Positions 26,519-36,095 of a stretch of 64,000 bases of DNA are shown here, piece after piece; the stretch's first letter is position 1, and the number at the start of each line of letters is the position of its first letter. The DNA is from an uncultured Lachnospiraceae bacterium (GTDB lineage: Bacteria > Bacillota > Clostridia > Christensenellales > UBA1242). Location of the stretch: contig CAYTHL010000001.1 of NCBI GenBank assembly GCA_964437615.1, positions 11,081-75,080 of the forward strand. The letters run 5' to 3'. The translations under genes were made by a program, and so were the position numbers. The notes under the pieces are model-generated. The model did no database searches, was not told the DNA's origin, and saw only the letters and a list, made by a program, of their open reading frames with translations.

Positions 26519-28033
26519 ATGAAACTAAACAAACTGCATAAAAGTCTGCTAATTATTGGCAGCGTGCTTGTTGCTGTGGTGCTTGCCGGGGTGGCCATTG
26601 GTTGCGCCTTTACAAATCCGGTTGCAAAAGCCAGCAAAAAGCTGACAAACTACACAATATCGGCAAGCCTTTCGGAAGACTATATTTTGTCTGGCACAGA
26701 AACTGTCGATTACATTAACGACACTGGCACAAATCTAAACCAAATCTGCCTACATTTGTATCCGCGCGCCTTTAGAGAAGACGCCACTATTAAGCCCTAT
26801 ACCAGTCTAAACGAGGCAAGTTGTTTTCCTAACGGAATTAGTTATGGTACGCTTACGGTAAGCACGGTAGAGGTAAATGGTCAAAGCGCCAACTTTATTT
26901 ACGCCGGCGAAGATACCGACATTTTGCAAATTAATTTGCCAAGCAGTTTAAAGGACGGCAAGCGCATAACTTTAGACATTATTTTTGAAGTTATTCTGCC
27001 CGAAAGTACTCACAGACTTGGCTACTACAAAGGCACTATCAACCTTGGCAACTGGTATCCAATAGTATGCGCATTTAGCGGCGGAAAGTTTGATACTTCG
27101 CCATACTATTCTACCGGCGACCCCTTTTTTAGCACATGTTCTAACTATAAAGTAACCATTAATTATTCGTCTAACTTTGATTGCTATGCCACGGGCAACA
27201 AAATTAGCCAATCTAGCAACTCGTCAGCACAAAACACAGCCTCATTTAGTGCCAAAGCTGTAAGAGATTTTGCAATAGTGCTTTCTAGCAATGCCGAAGC
27301 CAAAACAATAAAGGCGTCGGATGTATCTGTTACCTATGTAGGGTATCAAGGGGACGCCAATTTGTCGCAATGCACCAAAACGGCAGCGGCAGCAGTAGAA
27401 TATTTTTCAAATTTGTTTGGCAACTACCCTTATGATGGCTTAATAGTTATAAAATCTGCTTTTTTGCATGGGGGTATGGAGTATCCAAACATTGTTATAA
27501 TTGCCGACTCCATAGACGACGAAGAAGAAATTAGCAAAGTTATTGTCCACGAGATTGCACACCAGTGGTGGTACGGGCTAGTGGGCAACAATCAAGTTGC
27601 CGACGCTTGGCTAGACGAGAGTTTGGCAGAGTATAGTACCTGTCTGTTTTTTGAGGACAACCCAAGCTATGGCATAGATTACGACGACCTTATTGGCGAC
27701 GCCATAGGTGGATATTTAATCTATGTGGACATAATTAGCAGCCTTTCTGGAGTGGTAAACACGGCAATGAACTTGCCAGTTAGCGAGTATTTAAACGAGT
27801 ACGAGTATACCTATATGGTATATGTAAAAGGCATAATTATGTTTGATTGTTTGCGCCAAGCTGTTGGCAAAAATAAACTTATAAAAGGGCTAAAAAATTA
27901 TTGCAGCAAATATATGTTTAAGGTTGCTACCGCCACAGATTTTATAGACATTTTAAAAAAGTATTGTCATAAAGATTTAGATAACTTTTTTGACGGCTGG
28001 CTTAACGGCAGCAGTGTGGTTGGTCAAATTTAA
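26519..28033 (+). CDS. membrane-anchored M1-family zinc metallopeptidase
   Basis: N-terminal TM (LLIIGSVLVAVVLAGVAIG). Gluzincin motif HEIAHQWWYG with the downstream Glu in WLDESLAEY. Confidence 0.85.
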   Translation: MKLNKLHKSLLIIGSVLVAVVLAGVAIGCAFTNPVAKASKKLTNYTISASLSEDYILSGTETVDYINDTGTNLNQICLHLYPRAFREDATIKPYTSLNEASCFPNGISYGTLTVSTVEVNGQSANFIYAGEDTDILQINLPSSLKDGKRITLDIIFEVILPESTHRLGYYKGTINLGNWYPIVCAFSGGKFDTSPYYSTGDPFFSTCSNYKVTINYSSNFDCYATGNKISQSSNSSAQNTASFSAKAVRDFAIVLSSNAEAKTIKASDVSVTYVGYQGDANLSQCTKTAAAAVEYFSNLFGNYPYDGLIVIKSAFLHGGMEYPNIVIIADSIDDEEEISKVIVHEIAHQWWYGLVGNNQVADAWLDESLAEYSTCLFFEDNPSYGIDYDDLIGDAIGGYLIYVDIISSLSGVVNTAMNLPVSEYLNEYEYTYMVYVKGIIMFDCLRQAVGKNKLIKGLKNYCSKYMFKVATATDFIDILKKYCHKDLDNFFDGWLNGSSVVGQI

Positions 28034-28117
28034 GTCGAAGATTTTTAAAAATAGTAAATATAAATAAATATTGCTCAACCCTTTGCTTTTCTGTTTATAT
28101 TGTGCTAAACTTGTTGC

Positions 28118-28903
28118 ATGAAAGTTACTAACTTGTGTTCTGGAAGCAAAGGGAATTGCACATTAATTTCTGCCGAAAATACTGCAATTCTTGTTGATAT
28201 TGGGCTTAGTTACAAGCGGCTTACCGAACTATTAAACCAATATAATATGTCTTGCGACAAAATAGACGCCTTGCTTTTAACTCACGAGCATATAGACCAT
28301 GTCAGCGGAATAGCCGTATTTGCCAAGCGGCACCCAAACATCCACATTTTTGTCTACAACATGGTGTGGAAAAAGCTAATCATAAAATATCCCGAGCTTG
28401 CAAGTTTGGTAAACATACATAACTTTATTTACAGAACGCCGTTTAGTGTTGGAGATTTTACAGTTTTTGCCATAGAAAACATGCACGACAGCGTATCTTG
28501 TGCCACCTTTATAATTAGCGCGGGCGGCGGAAAACTTGGCATCGCCACCGATTTAGGCATTATTACCGATTACCATATAAGTATGTTATCTACTTGCAAG
28601 GCTGTATTTTTGGAGTGTAACCACGACGACAAAATGCTAACCAAATGCGGTTATGCACGCATGCAGCAAGAGAGAATTGGCGGCGAGTTTGGGCATCTTT
28701 CCAACGAGCAGTGCGCAAGGGCGGCAATTAAGCTAGTAAACGCAAAAACCAAGGTTGTGGTGCTTAGTCATATTTCGTCGCGTAGCAATCTGCCAGAACT
28801 AGCCTATGGATGCGTGGCAAACGCCTTTGCAGCAGCAGGTGTAGAGGGAACAATTTTGCTTGCCTATCAAGATAGGCCATCAAAAACAATAACTATTATT
28901 TAG
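28118..28903 (+). CDS. MBL-fold metallo-hydrolase (YycJ/WalJ-like)
   Basis: LLTHEHIDHVSG (HxHxDH) plus later His/Asp ligands (NMHDS, LECNHD, SHIS). Confidence 0.85.
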   Translation: MKVTNLCSGSKGNCTLISAENTAILVDIGLSYKRLTELLNQYNMSCDKIDALLLTHEHIDHVSGIAVFAKRHPNIHIFVYNMVWKKLIIKYPELASLVNIHNFIYRTPFSVGDFTVFAIENMHDSVSCATFIISAGGGKLGIATDLGIITDYHISMLSTCKAVFLECNHDDKMLTKCGYARMQQERIGGEFGHLSNEQCARAAIKLVNAKTKVVVLSHISSRSNLPELAYGCVANAFAAAGVEGTILLAYQDRPSKTITII

Positions 28904-28960
28904 CATTTGGCGGCACATAATATAGCAAAACTTTAAATAAACTAACTATTGGAGAGTTGT

Positions 28961-30088
28961 ATGATAGAAGAAAAATCTAAACAATTAGACATAGTAGACG
29001 GCGGACTAGCTTGCCTAATTTTTGTTGTGCTTAACTATTTATTTTACCTAATGCTTTACTCATTGCCAGCGGGCGCGCTGCAAAATAACGCCATATACAC
29101 ACTTTTGTCTGTTTTGTTAGAGGCGCTGTTTTTTGTGGCATCTGTAATTACACTAAAATTGCGCGGCAAAAGCCTAATAACCTCAATAAATCTAAACAAA
29201 AAGGTTAGGGGTAATCAGATTGGCTGGAGCTTTTTAATTTCAGTAATTTGCCTAATTTTGTTTACAAGCCTAACAAACGCCTTTATGGCAAGCCTAGAAA
29301 ACTGGGGATACACAAGCGTTCTTAGCGATACAAGCATAACTAGTTTTGGCGAAGTGTTGCTTAGCACAATAACGGTATGCGCAATTCCGGCTTTTTGCGA
29401 AGAGATTATGTTTAGAGGGGTGGTTTTAAACAGCCTAAAAGACTTAGGTAAGTGGCCAGCAATAATTATTAGTGCCTTTTGCTTTATGATTATGCACGGC
29501 AACCCCGACCAAACTGTGCATCAGTTTATTTTGGGGCTAGTTTTGGGCTATGTATGTATAACAACAGGCAATTTGTGGATAAGTATGCTAATTCACTTTT
29601 TCAACAACTTTATAGCCATTGTGCTAAGCTATGCACTAAGCCTATATTCTGCAGGGGTGGCTGCAAACACTGCAGCCGATGTCGCCGAGGTGGTGGACGC
29701 AACAGCCACATACAGTTGGGGAGAAATTGCCGGCACTTTTGTTTACGGTCTTATTACCGCCGCCCTTGGTGGATATCTAGTTTATTTAATTGTTAAAAAG
29801 ATAAACGCAAAAAGTAACAAACAAAATTTAGCCCAAACTAGTAACGAGCAAACTGAGCAAACCGCCCAAGAAGTAGGCGTGGCAGAAATTGCAAGCACAG
29901 AAACGCAAGCCGATGATAATCAAGTTGCCAGCAGCCAACCCAATAGCGATATTATCGCCCAGCCAACTGGAAAAGCAAAAAAATATAATGGTTGGCAAAT
30001 TGCTATAACTTGCCTAGGTTACACAGTATTTTTTGTATACTTTATCCGAGAGTGGATACTCTATTTGCTTGCCGGGCTAGGGCTGTAA
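28961..30088 (+). CDS. CPBP-family intramembrane glutamic endopeptidase with an extended C-terminal tail
   Basis: Start at ATG 28961 (GGAGAG RBS). Motifs CEEIMFRG (EExxxR), FMIMHG and HFFNNF (HxxxN). A Gln/Thr/Ala-rich linker and an extra TM sit at the C-terminus. Confidence 0.85.
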   Translation: MIEEKSKQLDIVDGGLACLIFVVLNYLFYLMLYSLPAGALQNNAIYTLLSVLLEALFFVASVITLKLRGKSLITSINLNKKVRGNQIGWSFLISVICLILFTSLTNAFMASLENWGYTSVLSDTSITSFGEVLLSTITVCAIPAFCEEIMFRGVVLNSLKDLGKWPAIIISAFCFMIMHGNPDQTVHQFILGLVLGYVCITTGNLWISMLIHFFNNFIAIVLSYALSLYSAGVAANTAADVAEVVDATATYSWGEIAGTFVYGLITAALGGYLVYLIVKKINAKSNKQNLAQTSNEQTEQTAQEVGVAEIASTETQADDNQVASSQPNSDIIAQPTGKAKKYNGWQIAITCLGYTVFFVYFIREWILYLLAGLGL

Positions 30089-30157
30089 AATAAACTTAAA
30101 AACATGCAAAAATCCTTAAAATGTAACAGATTTTAAGGATTTTTTCTATAATATACC

Positions 30158-31024
30158 ATGGATTATTTAAGTTTGTGCAATTTTTTGCAGCAAGCGCAAA
30201 AGCAACAGTGCAAAGTGTTTAGCATAGGAAAATCTGTTTTAGGTAAGCAGTTATGGGCGGTTAGTATAAGTAAAAGTAAAAGTAGTCCGTGGGCGCTTGT
30301 TGTGGCGGGCATGCACGCACGTGAGCATCTTTCTACCGACCTTGTCTGCTTGCAGATAAGCGACATTTTGTCCAAAAAATACAAGTCAAATGTAAATATA
30401 TGCTTTGTGCCGCTAATTAATCCCGACGGCGCCGACTTATGCCTGCATGGGGCAGACGGCTTGCCGCCCAAAGAGGCGCAAAAGCTTATAAATATTAATG
30501 GTGGCAAAAATTTTAGCCTATACAAAGCAAATGCTCGTGGGGTAGACCTAAACAACAATTTTGCCGCCAACTGGAAGCAGCATTATGGTGACAAACGCAA
30601 TCCTTGCAGCTGTGGGTTTTACGGCTATAAGCCGCTAAGCGAGCCAGAAAGTTTAGCTTTGGCTAACTTTACAAAGTCAATTAATCCGTTTATTACAATT
30701 AGCTATCACTTAAAGGGCGAAGAAATTTATTTTGACTTTTTTCAGCCAGCCAGCACCTACTGCCGAGATAAACGCATTGCACAAATTTTTGCAAAAAGCA
30801 CCAAATACAAAATTGTCAGCACCCAAGGCGTAAGCAGCGGCGGATACAAGGATTGGTGCGTGCAAAAACTGGGCATTTCCGCCCTAACAATAGAGCTTGG
30901 CGCCGACAGATTTACTCACCCTGTGCCGCATTTTTGCATAGACCAAATTTATCAAAAAAACAAATATTTAGTAGATTGTCTAAACCGAGCCTACAAAATT
31001 TACCTAAGCAAACCAACAAATTAG
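30158..31024 (+). CDS. M14-family zinc carboxypeptidase (gamma-D-glutamyl-meso-diaminopimelate peptidase-like)
   Basis: Zinc motif GMHAREH (HxxE), NPDG, GVDLNNNF, and a later YH ligand region (ISYHLKGEEIY). Confidence 0.8.
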   Translation: MDYLSLCNFLQQAQKQQCKVFSIGKSVLGKQLWAVSISKSKSSPWALVVAGMHAREHLSTDLVCLQISDILSKKYKSNVNICFVPLINPDGADLCLHGADGLPPKEAQKLININGGKNFSLYKANARGVDLNNNFAANWKQHYGDKRNPCSCGFYGYKPLSEPESLALANFTKSINPFITISYHLKGEEIYFDFFQPASTYCRDKRIAQIFAKSTKYKIVSTQGVSSGGYKDWCVQKLGISALTIELGADRFTHPVPHFCIDQIYQKNKYLVDCLNRAYKIYLSKPTN

Positions 31025-31109
31025 CTAGCAAAATGGGGTGAACCCCAAAAGTTGGACAAAAATTTACATTATAAAAACTGGGAAAACTATTTTATTTTTT
31101 GGTGCGCTG

Positions 31110-31118
31110 TGGTATAAT
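31110..31118 (+). promoter_or_regulatory. extended -10 element TGGTATAAT, 6 nt upstream of the uvrC ATG
   Basis: TG-G-TATAAT (31110-31118). The A of the ATG (31125) is 7 nt after the hexamer. No SD in between. The -35 position is a poor TTTTAT. Confidence 0.45.
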
Positions 31119-31124
31119 TTTTAT

Positions 31125-32951
31125 ATGAATATTTTGCAATTACGAGAAAAGGTTAAACTTTTGCCGGCAAAAAGCGGCTGCTACATAATGAAAGACGCAA
31201 CTGGCAAAGTAATTTATGTTGGCAAGGCAAAGCGCCTTTCTAGCCGGGTAAAGAGTTATTTTGACGGCAGTGCAAAGACTCAAAAAACCTACGCTTTGGT
31301 AAAAAATATTGACGATTTTGAGTACATAATAACCAACACCGAGCAAGACGCCTTTAGTTTAGAAAACAATTTAATAAAAAAGTATAAGCCCAAATATAAC
31401 ATTTTGCTAAAAGATGACAAGGCTTTTCCGTACATAAAAATAGACATGGCAGAAAAATTTCCGCGCATTCAGGTAGTAAGGCGGCCAAAACCTGACGGCA
31501 GCATGCTGTTTGGGCCATATGTTACCGGCATTCCAATTAGCGAACTTATGCAGATAATAAAGTCGGCGTATCCAGTTAGGTGGTGCAACAAAAATTTTTC
31601 TAAGAGTAAGCTGCCAGCAAAGGCATGTTTGCACGGGCAAATTGGTCATTGCCTAGCCCCATGTGCAGACCCAAAGAGAGAACACGAGTATAAGCAAGTT
31701 ATTTTAAAAGTTGTCGACTTTTTAAATGGCGAAACTAGGGAAGTTAGGCAAAAACTGCAGCAAAAAATGGAAACCTCGGCAGCAAGCGAAGATTTTGAAA
31801 CGGCTCTAGAAATGCGCAACGCGCTTGAAATGCTAGACAAAATGGAAAGCAAGATAATAACCAGTCTGCCGGGGTCAAAAAACCTAGATGTTTTTGCTTA
31901 CTGGGATAATCCGGATAGCGAGCTTGCCGCAATAAACTGCATGACAATTAGGGCAGGGCAAAATATTGGTCAAACCAATTATGCATTACCTAGCGTTGTG
32001 GGCAGTGCTGCCGAAGTAATAAGCAGTTTTTTGGTGGAGTATTATAGCGGCACAACTCCGCCAGCCGAGATTGTTTGCAAGCAAATAGATGAGCCAACTG
32101 CACAAACCTTGCAGTTGTACTTTTTGGAAAATTATCAAAAGGTGGTAAAAATTACCATTCCGCAAAAAAATGTAAAAAGCAAACTTGCAGATAGCTGCCT
32201 AACCAATGCCAAAGAATACGCCGAGCGGTCTGCCGATAGCCTAATCCGCAAACAGCGACTAACTAGTGGTGCCCTAGAACATTTGGCGCAGGTGCTGGGC
32301 ATAGGCAGCGTCTATCGCATAGAGGGCTACGACATATCCAACATTAGCGGCACAAACAATGTGGCTAGCATGGTTGTATTTGAGGGCGGTGAGCCGGCTA
32401 AAAAACAGTACCGCAAGTTTAAAATAAAAAGTGTAGACGGCGCAAACGACTTTGCGTGCATGCAAGAAACCTTGCAGCGCAGACTATCTAGGCTGGCTAG
32501 CGGGGACAATTCTTTTGGTGACAGACCTGATGTTATTTTAATAGACGGCGGCCTTGGGCAGTTGCATGCGGCATCTAGTGTTGCAAGCGGACTTGGCTTA
32601 GATATAACTTTTATAAGCTTAGCCAAAAAAGATGAGCAAATATTTACTACAAGCAGCAATTTGCCAATCTGCTTACCCAAAAATGATTACGCCCTAAGGC
32701 TGTTACAACGGGTTAGAGATGAAAGCCATAGATTTGCCGTAATGTTTCATAGAAATGTGCGAACAAGCAAGGAATTTATGAGCGTACTTGACCAAATAGA
32801 GGGCATAGGCAAGCAGCGTCAAAAGCTGCTATACAACCACTTTAAAACAATAGACGCTATTTGCGAGGCCAGCGCCAAACAACTTTCCGAGGTTCCGGGC
32901 ATTGGCCCAAAGTATGCCATTAACATATACAAATTTTTCCATAAAGACTAA
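31125..32951 (+). CDS. uvrC: excinuclease ABC subunit C
   Basis: GIY-YIG N-terminus LPAKSGCYIMKDATGKVIYVGKAKRLSSRVKSYF. UvrBC-interaction and RNase H-like regions, and a C-terminal (HhH)2 (IEGIGKQRQKLLYNHF...VPGIGPKYA). Start set to ATG 31125 (MNILQLREKVKLLP) because the track's GTG 31038 adds 29 atypical residues. Confidence 0.92.
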   Translation: MNILQLREKVKLLPAKSGCYIMKDATGKVIYVGKAKRLSSRVKSYFDGSAKTQKTYALVKNIDDFEYIITNTEQDAFSLENNLIKKYKPKYNILLKDDKAFPYIKIDMAEKFPRIQVVRRPKPDGSMLFGPYVTGIPISELMQIIKSAYPVRWCNKNFSKSKLPAKACLHGQIGHCLAPCADPKREHEYKQVILKVVDFLNGETREVRQKLQQKMETSAASEDFETALEMRNALEMLDKMESKIITSLPGSKNLDVFAYWDNPDSELAAINCMTIRAGQNIGQTNYALPSVVGSAAEVISSFLVEYYSGTTPPAEIVCKQIDEPTAQTLQLYFLENYQKVVKITIPQKNVKSKLADSCLTNAKEYAERSADSLIRKQRLTSGALEHLAQVLGIGSVYRIEGYDISNISGTNNVASMVVFEGGEPAKKQYRKFKIKSVDGANDFACMQETLQRRLSRLASGDNSFGDRPDVILIDGGLGQLHAASSVASGLGLDITFISLAKKDEQIFTTSSNLPICLPKNDYALRLLQRVRDESHRFAVMFHRNVRTSKEFMSVLDQIEGIGKQRQKLLYNHFKTIDAICEASAKQLSEVPGIGPKYAINIYKFFHKD

Positions 32952-32978
32952 ACAAAAAGTAATTGTTTAGTCTTTTTT
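32944..32978 (+). terminator. intrinsic terminator of uvrC (5' arm overlaps the stop codon)
   Basis: AAGACTAAACA..TGTTTAGTCTT plus TTTT. Confidence 0.7.
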
Positions 32979-33040
32979 GCTATCAAAAATGAGGAGGGTT
33001 TTACCCGAATAAAACACGGCAAAGAATCATATATTTTACT

Positions 33041-34231
33041 ATGAAAAATGGCAAAGCCGGCAAAAAGGGTAAAAGTAGGGATCAAAAATACAAAATAACC
33101 GCAAAAGAGGCTAAAAAACTTGCTTTTAGGCTAGTTGTTGGCCTTTTTGTTGTGCTTGCTATTGTTTTGGTGCCAACTCTTTGCGTCTACTATCCAGATA
33201 TTATCAGCAATCGGTTTTCGCCGAGGCTTGCCGCCTATCAAGGGGTTGTGGAGCTTTGGAACATAGACAGTTTTGAGGGCGGCACCGGCAGCAAGTCGGG
33301 ATTTTTGCAGACTCGCGCTATGGAATATCAAGAGCAAAACAAAGGCTTTTATGTGCTTGTGCGTAATATGACCGAAACAGAATGCTTGCTCGCCCTGCAA
33401 AATGGTCAGCGTCCTGCCATGTTTAGCTTTGGTGTTGGGGTTGCTAGTGAGCTAAAAGAATATTTGGCGTCAATTACTCTTTCAAAAAACACAAACATAC
33501 GCAAAGAGTTTGTTTCTGCCGCCACAATAGACGGCAAAATATATGCCGTGCCATGGTGTAGGGGGGTATATTCTTTAATTTCTACTACAAGTAATTTGGC
33601 GGCGGTGGGAATTACAGACTCGGCACTTAGCGACATTGCCTTAATGTGCGGATACACCAAAAATCTTTCTAATGGCAAAACAAAAACGGTGTACTCTTTG
33701 GCATTTGGAGGCAATGGGTACATAAGTCCGCAGGCAGCTTTTGGCACAAATTACGGTATTCTTGCCCAAACCGAAACCTCGTACAGAGCCGATTACGACA
33801 CCCTAACTAGCTACAACGCCTATTGCGATTTTATAGAGGGCAAGGCCAGCATATTGCTTGGCACGCAGCGAGATATTGCCCGGATAGAAAACCGAATTAG
33901 TCTTGGCAAAATTGACGGCGTGGTCTATCAGCATATAACCTCGTACACCGACCTATTGCAGTATATAGCCATAAGTAATAGCGCCGCGCAAGAAATCTAT
34001 AACCAGTGCAGCAACTTTGTTAGTTTCCTTACAAGCGAAACTTGCCAGCTAAAATTAGCAAACATTGGCATGTTTAGCGTATCTAATTTGAGCAAAAATT
34101 TATATTCTGCCGAAGAATGGTTAAATATAGAATTACTCTGCAGCCAAACTTGCACTGTGCAGCCTTTGTTTAGCAGCAAACAAGAAATCTCTGCAAGCAA
34201 AGCACAATATATAAAAGCAATAAGCGCATAA
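33041..34231 (+). CDS. membrane-anchored hypothetical protein with an extracytoplasmic domain, weakly solute-binding-protein-like
   Basis: Lys-rich N-terminus, one TM (LVVGLFVVLAIVLVPTLCVYY), then ~330 aa. The only hint is DGKIYAVPW, a motif common in type-1 sugar-binding proteins. Confidence 0.5.
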   Translation: MKNGKAGKKGKSRDQKYKITAKEAKKLAFRLVVGLFVVLAIVLVPTLCVYYPDIISNRFSPRLAAYQGVVELWNIDSFEGGTGSKSGFLQTRAMEYQEQNKGFYVLVRNMTETECLLALQNGQRPAMFSFGVGVASELKEYLASITLSKNTNIRKEFVSAATIDGKIYAVPWCRGVYSLISTTSNLAAVGITDSALSDIALMCGYTKNLSNGKTKTVYSLAFGGNGYISPQAAFGTNYGILAQTETSYRADYDTLTSYNAYCDFIEGKASILLGTQRDIARIENRISLGKIDGVVYQHITSYTDLLQYIAISNSAAQEIYNQCSNFVSFLTSETCQLKLANIGMFSVSNLSKNLYSAEEWLNIELLCSQTCTVQPLFSSKQEISASKAQYIKAISA

Positions 34232-34398
34232 ACTTACAAAAATGTATATTTTATGCAAAAATATGCCAAATTTTGCAAATTAACCAATTTATTGAGCGTT
34301 AAAATTTTAAGTTATAAGTTTGCAAAACAAAATATATAAATAAAAAAATAAATAAATTACAAATAATTATTGAAATATTTTTAAAAATGGGGTAGAAT

Positions 34399-35334
34399 AT
34401 GTACAAGACAATTATGTCTATTTTAGGCGAAGACCGCGTAAAGCGCAATGTGCCAGTCAAAGATTATTGCACTTTTAAACTTGGCGGAAATCTAGAATAT
34501 TTAATAGAGCCAACAACCACTATAGAACTTGCTGGCACACTGCAAAAACTAACCGAGGCAAATATAGGCTACAAAGTTGTGGGCAATATGAGCAACATTC
34601 TACCGGCAGACGGCATAAACAAAGGGGTGTATGTAAGTACAAGGCGCATAGCTGATAACATCAAGTGCTACGGCACAAGGTTAGTTGTTAGCGCAGGCGA
34701 AACTATTGGCGCAATATGCAAACAAGCCCAAAGGCTGGGTTTAAGCGGGCTAGAAGGCTTAGTTGGCATACCGGCTACGGTTGGTGGGGCGATTGTCAAT
34801 AATGCGGGGGCGTTTGGCTACAATATTGGCAATTTGGTAGAAAGTCTGCTAGTTTTTGACGGCAGCAAAGTTGCAAGTATAAGTGCAAGCGCTGCAGATT
34901 TTGGCTACCACAGCTCCAAGTTTATTGATAGCGGCAAGGTGATACTTTCTGCAACAATAAAACTAGCGCAAAGTTCGCCAGAAAATGTGCTACAAAAAAT
35001 GAAAGAATTTGCCATCAAACGGGCAAGTATGCAGCCTCATCAACCAAGTGCGGGTAGTGTATTTAAAAAGGTTGACGGTATGTCGGCGGGCTATTACATA
35101 GAGCAAGTTGGGCTAAAAGGCGAAATATTTAGCGGCGCCGCTATCAGCGACATTCATGCCAACTTTATTGTAAATTTGGGTGGAGCTACAAGCCAAAGCG
35201 TAAGGTATTTAATTAAACTGGCACAGAGCAAAGTAGAACAAAAATTTGGAGTAACTTTGCAGCCAGAAATAGAAATTTTAGGAGAAACTAATGAAAGTAC
35301 TAGCAGATTATCACACTCACAGCCGCTATTCTAG
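34399..35334 (+). CDS. murB: UDP-N-acetylenolpyruvoylglucosamine reductase
   Basis: FAD-binding domain (TFKLGGNLEYLIEP; GIPATVGGAIVNNAGAFG) and a C-terminal MurB domain (QPSAGSVFK; ISDIHANFIVN). Confidence 0.9.
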   Translation: MYKTIMSILGEDRVKRNVPVKDYCTFKLGGNLEYLIEPTTTIELAGTLQKLTEANIGYKVVGNMSNILPADGINKGVYVSTRRIADNIKCYGTRLVVSAGETIGAICKQAQRLGLSGLEGLVGIPATVGGAIVNNAGAFGYNIGNLVESLLVFDGSKVASISASAADFGYHSSKFIDSGKVILSATIKLAQSSPENVLQKMKEFAIKRASMQPHQPSAGSVFKKVDGMSAGYYIEQVGLKGEIFSGAAISDIHANFIVNLGGATSQSVRYLIKLAQSKVEQKFGVTLQPEIEILGETNESTSRLSHSQPLF

Positions 35335-36046
35335 GTGGTATCACGCCACCGGAACGGTGGAGCAAATGGCGCAAAGTGCAGCCCAAAAGGGCTTAAAAGA
35401 GCTTGCTATTACCGACCACGGACCAAAGCATGTAGCATTTGGCATAAGGCCCAAAAACTTTAAAAAAGCCAAACAAGACTGCCTAAACGCCACCCAAAAA
35501 ACGGGAGTAAAGGTGTATTTTGGCATAGAAAGCAACATAATTGGTCAGGACGGCGAAATAGACCTATCTAAAGAGCAAATTGATATGTTAGATATTTTGC
35601 TAATGGGCTATCATAAAGGCACTAAGTGCAACTTTATAAAATATTTTAACATTAAAAGGCGTAATTCGCCCGAGCAAATAGAAAAAAATACTATTGCCTA
35701 CATAATCGCAATAAACAGGTTTAATATTGCCATAATAACTCATTTAAACGAGTACATTAGGGTAGATACTGCTAGGGTTGCACAGGCCTGCGCGGCAAAA
35801 AATACCATTATAGAAATCAACGCAAAACACCTAAAATTAACAGACGACGATGTGCAAGTTTTACTACAAAGTGGGGTTAATTTTGTTGTCAGTAGCGACG
35901 CCCACAGCACAAAGAGGGTGGCGGACGTGCAAAAGTGTCTAAATTTTATAGCGGCGCACAACATTCCGCTAGAAAGGGTTAAAAATATAGACGGGCTTTT
36001 AGATTTTCTTCAGCCAAAAGGAAAGATTATTAGCCGCAAAAAATAG
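35291..36046 (+). CDS. PHP-domain metal-dependent phosphoesterase (histidinol-phosphatase family)
   Basis: MKVLADYHTHSRYS, ITDHG, VSSDAHS. GGAGAA RBS. Overlaps the murB 3' end by 44 nt. Confidence 0.8.
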   Translation: MKVLADYHTHSRYSRWYHATGTVEQMAQSAAQKGLKELAITDHGPKHVAFGIRPKNFKKAKQDCLNATQKTGVKVYFGIESNIIGQDGEIDLSKEQIDMLDILLMGYHKGTKCNFIKYFNIKRRNSPEQIEKNTIAYIIAINRFNIAIITHLNEYIRVDTARVAQACAAKNTIIEINAKHLKLTDDDVQVLLQSGVNFVVSSDAHSTKRVADVQKCLNFIAAHNIPLERVKNIDGLLDFLQPKGKIISRKK

Positions 36047-36095
36047 TCAAAAAAAATAAAAAAATTAATCATAAAAAACATAGGAGCAAGGCAAA

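Noticed and set aside
31038-31124. Track-suggested GTG start giving UvrC 29 extra residues (MNPKSWTKIYIIKTGK...).
   Set aside because: The extension is not UvrC-like. The GIY-YIG domain aligns with a start at ATG 31125, and an extended -10 box sits inside the putative extension.
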